Positions 48,755 to 61,150 of a DNA stretch of 64,000 bases are shown one piece after another. Under the pieces are notes generated by a model. The model did no database searches. It was not told where the DNA came from and saw only the letters and a program-made list of their open reading frames with translations. Within the stretch, counting starts at the first letter, position 1, and the number at the start of each line of letters is the position of its first letter. Position numbers and translations under genes: made by a program. The stretch lies in assembly GCF_013122565.1 (NCBI RefSeq), contig NZ_CP053258.1; one strand, written 5' to 3'. The stretch is from Escherichia coli (GTDB lineage Bacteria > Pseudomonadota > Gammaproteobacteria > Enterobacterales > Enterobacteriaceae).

Positions 48755-48830
<76 letters not shown>

Positions 48831-48869
48831 AATTTTGCACCCAGCAAATTTGGTACGTAAACGCATCGT

Positions 48870-48945
<76 letters not shown>

Positions 48946-48952
48946 AATTTCA

Positions 48953-48980
48953 AACCCTCGCTGCAAAGCGGGGGTTTTTT
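48953..48980 (+). terminator. Terminator of the tRNA-Ala operon
   Basis: aaaccctcgctgcaaagcgggggtttttt. Confidence 0.65.
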
Positions 48981-49152
48981 GTCTCTGCTTTTTGCCGCTT
49001 TTGTAATACAGTCTATGTTCGGGTTAGCGCCGCCTGGTGAAAGCATCATTGGATGAAAAATCGGCAACAGGCTGGCCCCTGTTTGCTTCGCGATGCGAAT
49101 AAACTTATTATTTGTGTGCCTGAAAACCCCGATCAGTGAGAGTAGTGTACTC

Positions 49153-51342
49153 ATGTTTGTGGAGCATAACCTGATAAAAAATATCAAGATATTCACACTA
49201 GCGTTTACGCTCACCGTGGTACTTATTCAGCTATCCCGTTTTATTTCGCCACTTGCTATTATCCATTCCAGTTATATCTTTCTGGCGTGGATGCCACTGT
49301 GCGTAATGCTGTCAATCTTGTTTATCTTTGGCTGGCGCGGTGTCGTTCCCGTTTTATGCGGAATGTTTTGCACCAATCTGTGGAACTTTCATCTCTCTTT
49401 TTTACAGACTGCGGTCATGCTCGGCAGCCAGACGTTTGTCGTGTTGTGTGCCTGCGCAATATTACGCTGGCAGCTAGGGACGCGTTGGCGTTATGGATTG
49501 ACCAGCCGATATGTCTGGCAACGTCTGTTCTGGCTTGGTTTGGTGACGCCGATCGGCATCAAATGCAGCATGTATCTTGTGGGGAGCTTCTTTGATTTCC
49601 CGCTAAAGATTTCCACCTTTTTCGGCGATGCGGATGCCATTTTCACGGTCGTTGATTTGCTAAGCCTTTTCACCGCGGTGCTGATTTACAACATGCTTTT
49701 CTACTATCTCACTCGCATGATTGTAAGTCCCCACTTTGCGCAGATATTGTGGCGCAGGGATATCGCTCCGTCGTTGGGCAAAGAGAAACGCGCATTTACC
49801 TTAAGCTGGCTGGCAGCGTTAAGCGTGCTGCTACTTCTGTTGTGCACACCTTATGAAAACGACTTTATTGCCGGTTACCTGGTACCCGTTTTCTTCATCA
49901 TCTTTACCCTCGGGGTCGGTAAGCTTCGCTATCCGTTTTTAAATCTCACCTGGGCTGTTTCAACGCTTTGCCTGCTGAATTACAACCAGAACTTTTTACA
50001 AGGGGTGGAAACCGAATATTCGCTGGCATTTATTCTCGCGGTGCTGATTTCCTTTAGCGTTTGCCTGCTCTATATGGTGCGCATTTATCATCGCAGTGAA
50101 TGGCTTAATCGACGCTGGCATTTGCAGGCGCTGACCGATCCGTTAACGCTCCTACCCAACTTTCGTGCGTTGGAACAAGCACCGGAGCAAGAGGTGGGCA
50201 AGAGTTTTTGCTGCCTGCGCATTGATAATCTTGAGTTTATGAGTCGTCATTACGGGTTAATGATGCGCGTTCACTGTATCCGCTCAATTTACCGTACGCT
50301 GCTGCCGTTGATGCAGGAAAACGAAAAGTTGTATCAATTGCCGGGCAGTGAACTGCTGTTAGTGCTGAGCGGGCCGGAAACGGAAGGGCGACTCCAGCAT
50401 ATGGTTAACATCCTGAATAGTCGGCAAATTCACTGGAACAATACCGGGCTGGATATGGGCTATGGTGCTGCCTGGGGGCGTTTTGATGGAAATCAGGAAA
50501 CCCTGCAACCCTTGTTGGGGCAGTTAAGCTGGCTGGCGGAGCAATCCTGCGCACATCATCATGTGCTGGCGCTGGATAGCAGAGAGGAGATGGTTTCCGG
50601 GCAGACCACTAAACAAGTGCTATTGCTGAATACCATTCGCGCGGCGTTAGATCAGGGGGATTTGCTGCTCTACGCCCAGCCCATTCGCAACAAAGAGGGT
50701 GAAGGTTATGATGAGATCCTCGCGCGACTGAAATATGACGGCGGCATTATGACCCCGGATAAGTTTCTGCCCCTTATTGCTCAGTTTAACCTTAGCGCGC
50801 GTTTTGATTTGCAAGTGCTGGAATCCCTGTTGAAGTGGCTTGCAACACACCCTTGCGACAAAAAAGGTCCACGCTTTTCAGTCAATTTAATGCCGCTCAC
50901 GCTGCTGCAAAAGAATATTGCCGGGCGGATTATTCGTCTGTTTAAGCGTTATCACATCTCCCCGCAGGCGGTCATTCTTGAGATCACCGAGGAGCAGGCG
51001 TTTTCTAACGCAGAAAGCAGCATGTACAACATCGAGCAGCTGCATAAGTTTGGTTTCCGGATTGCGATTGATGACTTTGGCACCGGCTATGCCAACTACG
51101 AACGGTTAAAGCGTTTGCAGGCTGATATCATCAAAATTGATGGCGTCTTTGTGAAAGATATCGTCACGAACACGCTGGATGCGATGATTGTGAGATCAAT
51201 TACCGATCTGGCGAAAGCGAAGTCATTGAGTGTGGTCGCGGAGTTTGTCGAGACGCAACAGCAGCAGGCGCTATTGCATAAGCTCGGGGTGCAATATCTG
51301 CAAGGGTATTTGATTGGTCGCCCGCAGCCATTAGCTGATTAA
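49153..51342 (+). CDS. pdeA: c-di-GMP phosphodiesterase PdeA (YfeA): MASE1 membrane sensor, degenerate GGDEF, EAL
   Basis: Track ORF 49093-51342 trimmed to ATG 49153 (MFVEHNLIKNIKIF...), 729 aa; EAL-domain motifs (EIL..., DDFGTGYANY) seen. Confidence 0.9.
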   Translation: MFVEHNLIKNIKIFTLAFTLTVVLIQLSRFISPLAIIHSSYIFLAWMPLCVMLSILFIFGWRGVVPVLCGMFCTNLWNFHLSFLQTAVMLGSQTFVVLCACAILRWQLGTRWRYGLTSRYVWQRLFWLGLVTPIGIKCSMYLVGSFFDFPLKISTFFGDADAIFTVVDLLSLFTAVLIYNMLFYYLTRMIVSPHFAQILWRRDIAPSLGKEKRAFTLSWLAALSVLLLLLCTPYENDFIAGYLVPVFFIIFTLGVGKLRYPFLNLTWAVSTLCLLNYNQNFLQGVETEYSLAFILAVLISFSVCLLYMVRIYHRSEWLNRRWHLQALTDPLTLLPNFRALEQAPEQEVGKSFCCLRIDNLEFMSRHYGLMMRVHCIRSIYRTLLPLMQENEKLYQLPGSELLLVLSGPETEGRLQHMVNILNSRQIHWNNTGLDMGYGAAWGRFDGNQETLQPLLGQLSWLAEQSCAHHHVLALDSREEMVSGQTTKQVLLLNTIRAALDQGDLLLYAQPIRNKEGEGYDEILARLKYDGGIMTPDKFLPLIAQFNLSARFDLQVLESLLKWLATHPCDKKGPRFSVNLMPLTLLQKNIAGRIIRLFKRYHISPQAVILEITEEQAFSNAESSMYNIEQLHKFGFRIAIDDFGTGYANYERLKRLQADIIKIDGVFVKDIVTNTLDAMIVRSITDLAKAKSLSVVAEFVETQQQQALLHKLGVQYLQGYLIGRPQPLAD

Positions 51343-51350
51343 CAGGCGTA

Positions 51351-51382
51351 AAAAAGCCGGGGAATTATCCCCGGCTTTTTTA
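51351..51382. terminator. Bidirectional terminator between convergent pdeA and nupC
   Basis: aaaaaagccggggaattatccccggctttttt. Confidence 0.75.
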
Positions 51383-51391
51383 TGTATGGTC

Positions 51392-52594
51392 TTACAGCAC
51401 CAGTGCTGCGATTGACGCCGACAGCACACTCACCAGGGTAGAGCCGTAAACCAGTTTCAGACCGAAGCGAGAAACCACGTTACCTTGCTCTTCATTCAGG
51501 CCTTTAACTGCACCTGCGATAATCCCGATTGATGAGAAGTTAGCGAAGGAAACCAGGAACACAGAGATGATGCCTTCAGCACGCGGAGAGAGCGTGGAAG
51601 CAATTTTCTGCAGATCCATCATCGCAACGAACTCGTTGGAAACCAGTTTGGTCGCCATGATACTGCCCACTTGCAGTGCTTCACTGGAAGGAACACCCAT
51701 CACCCATGCAATCGGATAGAAGATGTAGCCCAGGATGCCCTGGAAGGAGATGCTGTAGCCAAACCAGCCAGTCACGGTGGCAAACAGTGCGTTCAGCGCG
51801 GCGATCAGGGCGATAAAGCCAATCAGCATTGCGGCAACGATAATGGCAACTTTGAAACCTGCCAGAATGTATTCACCCAGCATTTCGAAGAAGCTCTGAC
51901 CTTCGTGCAGGTTGGACATCTGAATGTTTTCTTCACTGGCATCAACACGGTAAGGGTTGATCAGCGACAGCACGATAAAGGTGCTGAACATGTTAAGTAC
52001 CAGCGCCGCAACGACATATTTCGGCTCCAGCATGGTCATGTATGCACCAACGATGGACATAGAAACGGTGGACATCGCCGTTGCTGCCATGGTGTACATA
52101 CGATTGCGGGAGATTTTGCCGAGGATATCTTTATAGGCAATAAAGTTTTCAGACTGACCCAGAATCAGGGAGCTGACGGCGTTAAAGGATTCCAGTTTGC
52201 CCATACCGTTGACTTTGGAGAGCAGGAAACCAATTGCGCGGATAATCACCGGCAACACGCGAATGTGTTGGAGAATACCGATCAGTGCAGAGATAAAGAC
52301 GATTGGGCACAGCACTTTCAGGAAGAAGAATGCCAGGCCTTGATCATTCATGCTACCAAAGACGAAGTTAGTCCCTTCGTTGGCAAATCCGAGCAGTTTT
52401 TCGAACATTTCGGAGAAGCCTTTCACGAAGCCTAAACCAACGTCGGAGTTCAGGAAGAACCACGCCAGTAACACTTCGATAACAAGCAGTTGAATAACAT
52501 AACGGATACGAATTTTTTTGCGGTCGCTGCTTACCAGCAGTGCGAGAATCGCAACAACGGCAAGTGCCAGTACAAAATGAAGGACGCGGTCCAT
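51392..52594 (-). CDS. nupC: Concentrative nucleoside transporter NupC (CNT family)
   Basis: Track ORF trimmed to ATG 52594 ([14 protein letters not shown]...), 400 aa. Confidence 0.93.
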
Positions 52595-52865
52595 ATTTGC
52601 TCCAAATATGAGGCAGGTTAAATTTCCGTGCACATTCTATGTAACATGGTTAAGGAAAACGAGATCTGACACACACTATAATGACGTCCTGTGACAAGCT
52701 TCAAAAATAGTGATCTGCCATACATTTCTGCTATGTTGTGTATGGAAGCTGAAAGTTATGTAAATGTGCTAACATTAAACATAACCATAACATTCGAGTC
52801 ATCAATCTTTTCGTAGTCATAATCCTGGTCTATCAGAGAAATCACCACAACCCATTTAAATGAAT

Positions 52866-52880
52866 TTGATAATCATTCTC
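52866..52880. promoter_or_regulatory. Fur-box-like sequence in mntH promoter
   Basis: TGATAATCATTCTC resembles Fur consensus GATAATGATAATCATTATC. Confidence 0.5.
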
Positions 52881-52895
52881 GTTTGGCATAGCATG

Positions 52896-52917
52896 AAACA
52901 TAGCAAAGGCTATGTTT
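52896..52917. promoter_or_regulatory. MntR operator palindrome in mntH promoter
   Basis: Perfect inverted repeat AAACATAGC-aaag-GCTATGTTT immediately upstream of the mntH RBS. Confidence 0.7.
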
Positions 52918-52920
52918 TAG

Positions 52921-54168
<1,248 letters not shown>

Positions 54169-54195
54169 TTGAATGAGCGTCGCATCTGGCACTAT

Positions 54196-54286
<91 letters not shown>

Positions 54287-54308
54287 TGTGCTCCATTGGC
54301 AAATGTGT

Positions 54309-54635
54309 TTAATGGCGGTGCCCATGTCCGCGGCCTTTTCCGCGATGATCGTCACGATCGCGCCAGCCTTCACGATAGCCACGCTCATACGCTTTACGCT
54401 TATCCCAGCCACGGTGGTAGCCATTATCATGACGCCACCAGCGGTTTTTACGCCATTCATAATTGCGATGCCAGTAGTCACGGTCGCGCCAGTGACCACC
54501 GTCCCAGTAATTACCGTAATGATCGCGATCGCCAATTTGTAATTTGATTGATGGCAGTAGGGTGATTTCACCTGCGTTTGCCGCAAGCGGGGTAAATGCC
54601 ATCAGGGCGGCCGCCAGAAACAGTGACCTGAACAT
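54309..54635 (-). CDS. ypeC: Secreted DUF2502 protein YpeC (His/Arg/Trp/Asp-rich)
   Basis: 108-aa ORF with signal peptide ([21 protein letters not shown]) and repeats such as [19 protein letters not shown]...GRGHGHRH. Confidence 0.85.
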
Positions 54636-54749
54636 TGTTATTCTCCTTCACGATCGAAGCCGTCAGCGGCCTGTTAACGCAATATTACGGGGAGGTAAAG
54701 CCCCGTATCATCGCCATAACTCTTAAATCATAAAGGAGAGCATTTTTTG

Positions 54750-56006
54750 CTAAACGTTATCGTGGGGTGGCTGTTGCTTCGGACGATTGACCATCATCAT
54801 CGGCTTACCTGCTAATAACAGCCATGCCGGAAGCATGACGATACAGAGCAGCGGTAGCAAGGTGGTATTGGGTACAACGACTGCCGCCATAAAAAGACTT
54901 AACCAGCCATCACGTGTTACCACCAGCACGATGCCGAGAATAGCGCAGGAAACGGTTATTGCCGCTGGAACGGCGGGTACGTGCTCATGCAGCATCAACC
55001 CTAATGCCACGCCGACAAACACTGCCGGGAAGATTCGTCCACCGCGAAAGCCACTGGCGGCAGCAACGACCAGGGCGGTAAGTTTAATTACCGCCAGCAA
55101 AAAGTAATCGCTGGTGCTGAAAGCCTGATTTGCCACCATCTGCTGCATCTCATCCAGTCCTTTAAACAGCGAAACCGGCCCACCAATAACCCCCAGAATA
55201 CCGAGAATAAATCCGCCAATACCCAGCACGAGCACCGGATTTTTCATTTGATGCATCATCGCGTGCAATCGTGGTAAGCACCATACGGCGACCATCCCTG
55301 CTGCGATGGCAATCGCCGCGACAATTGCACCGCTGAGAATATCGGTCATTTCCATCTGTCCGTAATGCGCAATGGGCAGTGAAAAATGAGGATGGAAAAA
55401 TAATCCGGTAGTAAGTGCACCAGCTGCTGCCGCCATTAACGGCGCAAAGAGACGATCCCATAGCGGAACTTCACTACTGCCATTTAAGGTTTGCGAAAAT
55501 ATCAACGCCGCCGCAACAGGTGTGCCAAACAGTGCGCCAATGGTTCCGGCAGAGGCTAAAATAGTCCACTCCATTCGGTTGACGCGCGGTAACAGACGAG
55601 CGCCAATGGCGACGGCAAGGGCGATATTGACGGTCATGATCGGATGTTCCGGCCCCAGGCTGACGCCGCCAGCAAGACCGAGAATTAATGCTACGATAAG
55701 TCCAGGTAGCGCAGAGGGCGGAACCGGTGCGCCGATCAGCGGTTCACAGGCGGGGTCTGGTCCGGCATGACCCTGGCTGAAACGGATAACCAACCCCACC
55801 GCAATACCCGTTAGCGTTAATACACCGATGATCCAGAGGGGTGAATCCTGGGCTATCCCCAGAGTTCCCGGCAGTCGTTGCCAGAGCAAATTCTGTAATA
55901 CCGAGGCGATTTTCATCACCACAATCAGAATAAGACTGGACGCAATCCCAATTGCCACGGCGGGGAGCGATAATAACAACATGGTTCTGGCTCGCGGATG
56001 GAGCAT
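54750..56006 (-). CDS. yfeO: ClC-family ion channel-like membrane protein YfeO
   Basis: 418-aa polytopic ORF; synteny glk-yfeO-ypeC-mntH. Confidence 0.9.
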   Translation of the reverse strand: MLHPRARTMLLLSLPAVAIGIASSLILIVVMKIASVLQNLLWQRLPGTLGIAQDSPLWIIGVLTLTGIAVGLVIRFSQGHAGPDPACEPLIGAPVPPSALPGLIVALILGLAGGVSLGPEHPIMTVNIALAVAIGARLLPRVNRMEWTILASAGTIGALFGTPVAAALIFSQTLNGSSEVPLWDRLFAPLMAAAAGALTTGLFFHPHFSLPIAHYGQMEMTDILSGAIVAAIAIAAGMVAVWCLPRLHAMMHQMKNPVLVLGIGGFILGILGVIGGPVSLFKGLDEMQQMVANQAFSTSDYFLLAVIKLTALVVAAASGFRGGRIFPAVFVGVALGLMLHEHVPAVPAAITVSCAILGIVLVVTRDGWLSLFMAAVVVPNTTLLPLLCIVMLPAWLLLAGKPMMMVNRPKQQPPHDNV

Positions 56007-56209
56007 GTTCTATTCCTTATGCGGGGTCAGATACTTAGTTTGCCCAGCTTGCAAAAAGGCATCGCTGCAATTGGTGCTGAAACGATAAAGTAATTGTGTG
56101 ACCCAGATCGATATTTACAGGGAGCCTGCCTTTCCGGCGTTGTTGTTATGCCCCCAGGTATTTACAGTGTGAGAAAGAATTATTTTGACTTTAGCGGAGC
56201 AGTTGAAGA

Positions 56210-57175
56210 ATGACAAAGTATGCATTAGTCGGTGATGTGGGCGGCACCAACGCACGTCTTGCTCTGTGTGATATTGCCAGTGGTGAAATCTCGCAGGCTA
56301 AGACCTATTCAGGGCTTGATTACCCCAGCCTCGAAGCGGTCATTCGCGTTTATCTTGAAGAACATAAGGTCGAGGTGAAAGACGGCTGTATTGCCATCGC
56401 TTGCCCGATTACCGGAGACTGGGTGGCAATGACCAACCATACCTGGGCGTTCTCAATTGCCGAAATGAAAAAGAATCTCGGTTTTAGCCATCTGGAAATT
56501 ATTAACGATTTTACCGCTGTATCGATGGCGATCCCGATGCTGAAAAAAGAGCATCTGATTCAGTTTGGTGGCGCAGAACCGGTAGAAGGTAAGCCTATTG
56601 CGGTTTACGGTGCCGGAACGGGGCTTGGGGTTGCGCATCTGGTCCATGTCGATAAGCGTTGGGTAAGCTTGCCAGGCGAAGGCGGTCACGTTGATTTTGC
56701 GCCGAATAGTGAAGAAGAGGCCATTATCCTCGAAATATTGCGTGCGGAAATTGGTCATGTTTCGGCGGAACGTGTGCTTTCTGGCCCAGGACTGGTGAAT
56801 TTGTATCGCGCAATTGTTAAAGCCGACAACCGCCTGCCAGAAAATCTCAAGCCAAAAGATATTACCGAACGCGCGCTGGCTGACAGCTGCACCGATTGCC
56901 GCCGTGCGTTGTCGCTGTTTTGCGTCATTATGGGCCGTTTTGGCGGCAATCTGGCGCTCAATCTCGGGACATTTGGCGGCGTGTTTATTGCGGGCGGTAT
57001 CGTGCCGCGCTTCCTTGAGTTCTTCAAAGCCTCTGGTTTCCGTGCCGCATTTGAAGATAAAGGGCGCTTTAAAGAATATGTCCATGATATTCCGGTGTAT
57101 CTCATCGTCCATGACAATCCGGGTCTTCTCGGTTCCGGTGCACATTTACGCCAGACCTTAGGTCACATTCTGTAA
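56210..57175 (+). CDS. glk: Glucokinase Glk
   Basis: 321-aa ROK-like/glucokinase ORF ([20 protein letters not shown]...). Confidence 0.97.
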   Translation: MTKYALVGDVGGTNARLALCDIASGEISQAKTYSGLDYPSLEAVIRVYLEEHKVEVKDGCIAIACPITGDWVAMTNHTWAFSIAEMKKNLGFSHLEIINDFTAVSMAIPMLKKEHLIQFGGAEPVEGKPIAVYGAGTGLGVAHLVHVDKRWVSLPGEGGHVDFAPNSEEEAIILEILRAEIGHVSAERVLSGPGLVNLYRAIVKADNRLPENLKPKDITERALADSCTDCRRALSLFCVIMGRFGGNLALNLGTFGGVFIAGGIVPRFLEFFKASGFRAAFEDKGRFKEYVHDIPVYLIVHDNPGLLGSGAHLRQTLGHIL

Positions 57176-57393
57176 ATCCTTCCTGTTATATCGGGAGATA
57201 ACTCTCCCGATAATCTTTTAAATCATACAGTTAATTCAATTTTTCTTTGTGTCCCCTCACAAGGCCGACCTGCGTCACACTTCCGTACAGCGGGATTAAT
57301 TCTCCAGTAAATGCATTATTTGTCTGGTAACGGCGATTTGTTTTGCACGTTCATAATTTCACTCGTCAACTATCACTGAACGAGGAATTAACG

Positions 57394-57720
57394 ATGAGTA
57401 AGAAACTGATTGCCTTATGTGCCTGCCCGATGGGCCTGGCTCACACTTTTATGGCCGCTCAGGCGCTGGAAGAAGCAGCGGTAGAAGCCGGTTATGAAGT
57501 GAAAATTGAAACCCAGGGCGCGGACGGTATCCAGAATCGCCTGACGGCGCAGGATATCGCCGAAGCGACAATCATCATCCACTCCGTGGCAGTTACCCCG
57601 GAAGATAACGAGCGTTTCGAATCACGCGACGTTTATGAAATCACTTTGCAGGACGCAATTAAAAACGCTGCGGGCATCATCAAAGAAATCGAAGAGATGA
57701 TTGCCTCTGAACAACAGTAA
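57394..57720 (+). CDS. fryB: PTS fructose-like EIIB component FryB
   Basis: Trimmed to ATG 57394 (MSKKLIALCACPMGLAHTFMAA...), 108 aa; EIIB-Fru-type Cys motif. Confidence 0.88.
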   Translation: MSKKLIALCACPMGLAHTFMAAQALEEAAVEAGYEVKIETQGADGIQNRLTAQDIAEATIIIHSVAVTPEDNERFESRDVYEITLQDAIKNAAGIIKEIEEMIASEQQ

Positions 57721-57741
57721 TATTCGACAGGGATAATTGTT

Positions 57742-58989
57742 ATGGCCATTAAAAAACGCAGTGCAACCGTTGTGCCTGGCGCATCCGGTGCGGCAGCGGC
57801 AGTTAAGAATCCGCAGGCCTCTAAAAGCAGCTTCTGGGGTGAACTCCCGCAGCATGTGATGTCAGGGATTTCACGCATGGTGCCGACCTTAATTATGGGC
57901 GGTGTGATCCTCGCTTTCAGCCAGTTGATTGCTTATAGCTGGCTTAAAATTCCTGCTGATATCGGCATCATGGATGCTCTTAATAGCGGAAAATTCTCCG
58001 GTTTCGACCTCTCCTTACTGAAATTTGCCTGGCTGTCGCAGTCCTTCGGCGGCGTGTTGTTTGGTTTTGCCATTCCGATGTTTGCTGCTTTTGTGGCGAA
58101 CTCTATCGGTGGCAAATTGGCGTTCCCGGCTGGTTTTATCGGCGGGTTGATGTCTACCCAGCCGACGCAACTGCTGAACTTCGATCCCAGCACTATGCAA
58201 TGGGCGACCTCTTCGCCGGTGCCGTCCACCTTCATTGGTGCCCTGATTATTTCTATCGTTGCTGGTTACCTTGTGAAGTGGATGAACCAGAAAATCCAGT
58301 TACCGGATTTCCTGTTAGCGTTCAAAACCACATTTTTGCTACCGATTCTTTCCGCCATTTTTGTCATGCTGGCGATGTACTACGTCATTACCCCATTTGG
58401 TGGCTGGATCAACGGCGGTATCCGTACCGTGCTGACTGCCGCAGGTGAGAAGGGCGCGCTAATGTATGCGATGGGGATCGCCGCGGCGACAGCAATCGAC
58501 CTTGGTGGACCGATCAACAAAGCCGCAGGTTTCGTTGCCTTCAGCTTTACCACTGACCACGTATTACCGGTCACCGCACGTTCTATCGCTATCGTTATTC
58601 CGCCGATTGGTCTGGGGCTGGCGACCATTATTGACCGTCGTTTAACCGGCAAACGCCTGTTCAATGCTCAGCTTTATCCGCAGGGTAAGACCGCGATGTT
58701 CCTGGCGTTTATGGGGATCAGTGAGGGTGCGATTCCGTTTGCGCTGGAAAGCCCCATCACCGCCATTCCGTCGTATATGGTCGGCGCGATTGTCGGCTCA
58801 ACCGCCGCTGTCTGGCTGGGCGCAGTGCAATGGTTCCCGGAGTCCGCTATCTGGGCATGGCCGCTGGTCACTAACCTTGGCGTCTATATGGCGGGGATCG
58901 CGCTGGGGGCAATCATTACAGCGCTGATGGTGGTGTTCCTGCGTCTGATGATGTTCCGCAAAGGCAAATTGTTAATCGATAGCCTGTAA
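57742..58989 (+). CDS. fryC: PTS fructose-like EIIC component FryC
   Basis: 415-aa polytopic ORF. Confidence 0.92.
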   Translation: MAIKKRSATVVPGASGAAAAVKNPQASKSSFWGELPQHVMSGISRMVPTLIMGGVILAFSQLIAYSWLKIPADIGIMDALNSGKFSGFDLSLLKFAWLSQSFGGVLFGFAIPMFAAFVANSIGGKLAFPAGFIGGLMSTQPTQLLNFDPSTMQWATSSPVPSTFIGALIISIVAGYLVKWMNQKIQLPDFLLAFKTTFLLPILSAIFVMLAMYYVITPFGGWINGGIRTVLTAAGEKGALMYAMGIAAATAIDLGGPINKAAGFVAFSFTTDHVLPVTARSIAIVIPPIGLGLATIIDRRLTGKRLFNAQLYPQGKTAMFLAFMGISEGAIPFALESPITAIPSYMVGAIVGSTAAVWLGAVQWFPESAIWAWPLVTNLGVYMAGIALGAIITALMVVFLRLMMFRKGKLLIDSL

Positions 58990-59003
58990 GAAGGAAAATC
59001 CAG

Positions 59004-60089
59004 ATGACATTACTCGCTTCGCTGCGCGACTGGCTTAAGGCGCAACAACTGGATGCGGTGCTTCTCTCATCACGGCAGAACAAACAGCCGCATCTGGGGA
59101 TCTCCACCGGATCAGGCTATGTGCTGATTAGCCGTGAAAGTGCGCACATTCTGGTGGATTCGCGATATTACGCGGATGTGGAAGCCCGCACGCAAGGCTA
59201 CCAGCTGCATTTGCTTGACGCGACGCACACGCTTGCAACCATCGTCAATCAAATCATTGCCGATGAACAGATACAGACGCTCGGTTTTGAAGGTCAGCAG
59301 GTGAGTTGGGAAACCGCGCACCGCTGGCAGTCTGAACTCAATGCGAAACTGGTTAGCGCCACGCCGGATGTGCTGCGGCAAATCAAAACGCCAGAGGAGG
59401 TGGAGAAAATCCGCCTTGCCTGTGGGATTGCCGATCGCGGTGCAGAGCATATTCGCCGCTTTATTCAGGCGGGGATGAGCGAGCGCGAGATAGCCGCTGA
59501 ACTGGAGTGGTTTATGCGCCAGCAGGGCGCAGAAAAAGCCTCTTTTGACACCATTGTCGCCAGCGGCTGGCGTGGGGCGCTACCGCACGGCAAAGCCAGC
59601 GACAAGATTGTTGCAGCGGGCGAGTTTGTCACTCTCGATTTCGGTGCGCTCTATCAGGGCTACTGCTCTGATATGACGCGCACCTTGCTGGTGAATGGCG
59701 AAGGGGTGAGCGCCGAATCTCATCCGCTGTTTAACGTCTATCAGATTGTTTTGCAGGCACAGCTTGCGGCAATCTCTGCAATTCGCCCCGGCGTGCGCTG
59801 CCAGCAGGTTGACGACGCCGCGCGCCGGGTGATTACCGAGGCAGGTTTTAGCGACTATTTTGGTCATAACACCGGTCATGCTATCGGCATTGAAGTCCAT
59901 GAAGATCCGCGTTTTTCACCGCGGGATACCACGACGCTACAGCCAGGCATGTTACTGACCGTGGAGCCGGGGATTTATTTGCCAGGGCAAGGGGGCGTGC
60001 GCATCGAAGATGTTGTGCTGGTCACCCCGCAAGGCGCAGAAGTGCTCTACGCCATGCCGAAAACAGTGTTGCTCACGGGAGAGGCATAA
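59004..60089 (+). CDS. ypdF: Xaa-Pro aminopeptidase-like M24 peptidase YpdF
   Basis: 361-aa ORF with pita-bread fold motifs (HNTGHAIG..., metal-binding D/H/E pattern). Confidence 0.9.
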   Translation: MTLLASLRDWLKAQQLDAVLLSSRQNKQPHLGISTGSGYVLISRESAHILVDSRYYADVEARTQGYQLHLLDATHTLATIVNQIIADEQIQTLGFEGQQVSWETAHRWQSELNAKLVSATPDVLRQIKTPEEVEKIRLACGIADRGAEHIRRFIQAGMSEREIAAELEWFMRQQGAEKASFDTIVASGWRGALPHGKASDKIVAAGEFVTLDFGALYQGYCSDMTRTLLVNGEGVSAESHPLFNVYQIVLQAQLAAISAIRPGVRCQQVDDAARRVITEAGFSDYFGHNTGHAIGIEVHEDPRFSPRDTTTLQPGMLLTVEPGIYLPGQGGVRIEDVVLVTPQGAEVLYAMPKTVLLTGEA

Positions 60090-61126
60090 TGGATTTATCG
60101 CTATTAAAAGCGTTGAGCGAGGCAGATGCGATCGCCTCCTCGGAACAGGAAGTGCGGCAGATCCTGCTGGAAGAAGCGGATCGCCTGCAAAAAGAAGTGC
60201 GATTTGATGGTCTGGGATCGGTGCTGATCCGCCTCAATGAATCGACAGGTCCGAAGGTGATGATCTGTGCGCATATGGACGAAGTGGGATTTATGGTGCG
60301 CAGCATCTCCCGCGAAGGGGCGATTGATGTGCTGCCGGTTGGCAACGTACGCATGGCTGCCCGCCAGCTGCAGCCGGTGCGCATCACCACCCGTGAAGAG
60401 TGCAAAATTCCAGGCCTGCTTGACGGCGACCGGCAGGGGAATGACGTCAGCGCCATGCGCGTGGATATTGGCGCGCGCTCGTATGACGAAGTGATGCAGG
60501 CGGGAATTCGTCCAGGCGATCGCGTCACGTTTGATACTACTTTTCAGGTTCTCCCTCACCAGCGGGTGATGGGGAAAGCCTTTGATGACCGCCTCGGTTG
60601 CTACCTGCTGGTGACGTTACTGCGCGAACTACACAGCGCTGAACTGCCTGCGGAAGTGTGGCTGGTGGCCAGTTCCAGCGAAGAGGTGGGGTTACGCGGC
60701 GGGCAAACTGCCACCCGCGCGGTGTCGCCGGACGTCGCCATTGTGCTTGATACCGCCTGCTGGGCGAAAAACTTTGATTATGGCGCGGCTAACCATCGCC
60801 AGATTGGTAACGGGCCGATGCTGGTGTTAAGCGATAAATCGCTGATTGCGCCGCCAAAACTTACCGCGTGGATTGAAACCGTGGCGGCAGAAATTGGCGT
60901 GCCGTTGCAGGCGGATATGTTCAGCAACGGCGGCACGGACGGCGGGGCGGTGCACTTAACCGGCACCGGCGTGCCCACGGTGGTGATGGGGCCAGCAACC
61001 CGCCACGGACATTGCGCCGCATCGATTGCCGACTGCCGTGACATTTTGCAGATGCAGCAGCTTTTATCTGCCCTTATTCAACGTCTTACGCGTGAGACGG
61101 TTGTTCAACTGACGGATTTCAGATGA
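60089..61126 (+). CDS. ypdE: M42-family aminopeptidase YpdE
   Basis: 345-aa ORF; 1-nt overlap with ypdF. Confidence 0.9.
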   Translation: MDLSLLKALSEADAIASSEQEVRQILLEEADRLQKEVRFDGLGSVLIRLNESTGPKVMICAHMDEVGFMVRSISREGAIDVLPVGNVRMAARQLQPVRITTREECKIPGLLDGDRQGNDVSAMRVDIGARSYDEVMQAGIRPGDRVTFDTTFQVLPHQRVMGKAFDDRLGCYLLVTLLRELHSAELPAEVWLVASSSEEVGLRGGQTATRAVSPDVAIVLDTACWAKNFDYGAANHRQIGNGPMLVLSDKSLIAPPKLTAWIETVAAEIGVPLQADMFSNGGTDGGAVHLTGTGVPTVVMGPATRHGHCAASIADCRDILQMQQLLSALIQRLTRETVVQLTDFR

Positions 61127-61150
61127 TCTCCTGATTAACCCGGAGCGGTT

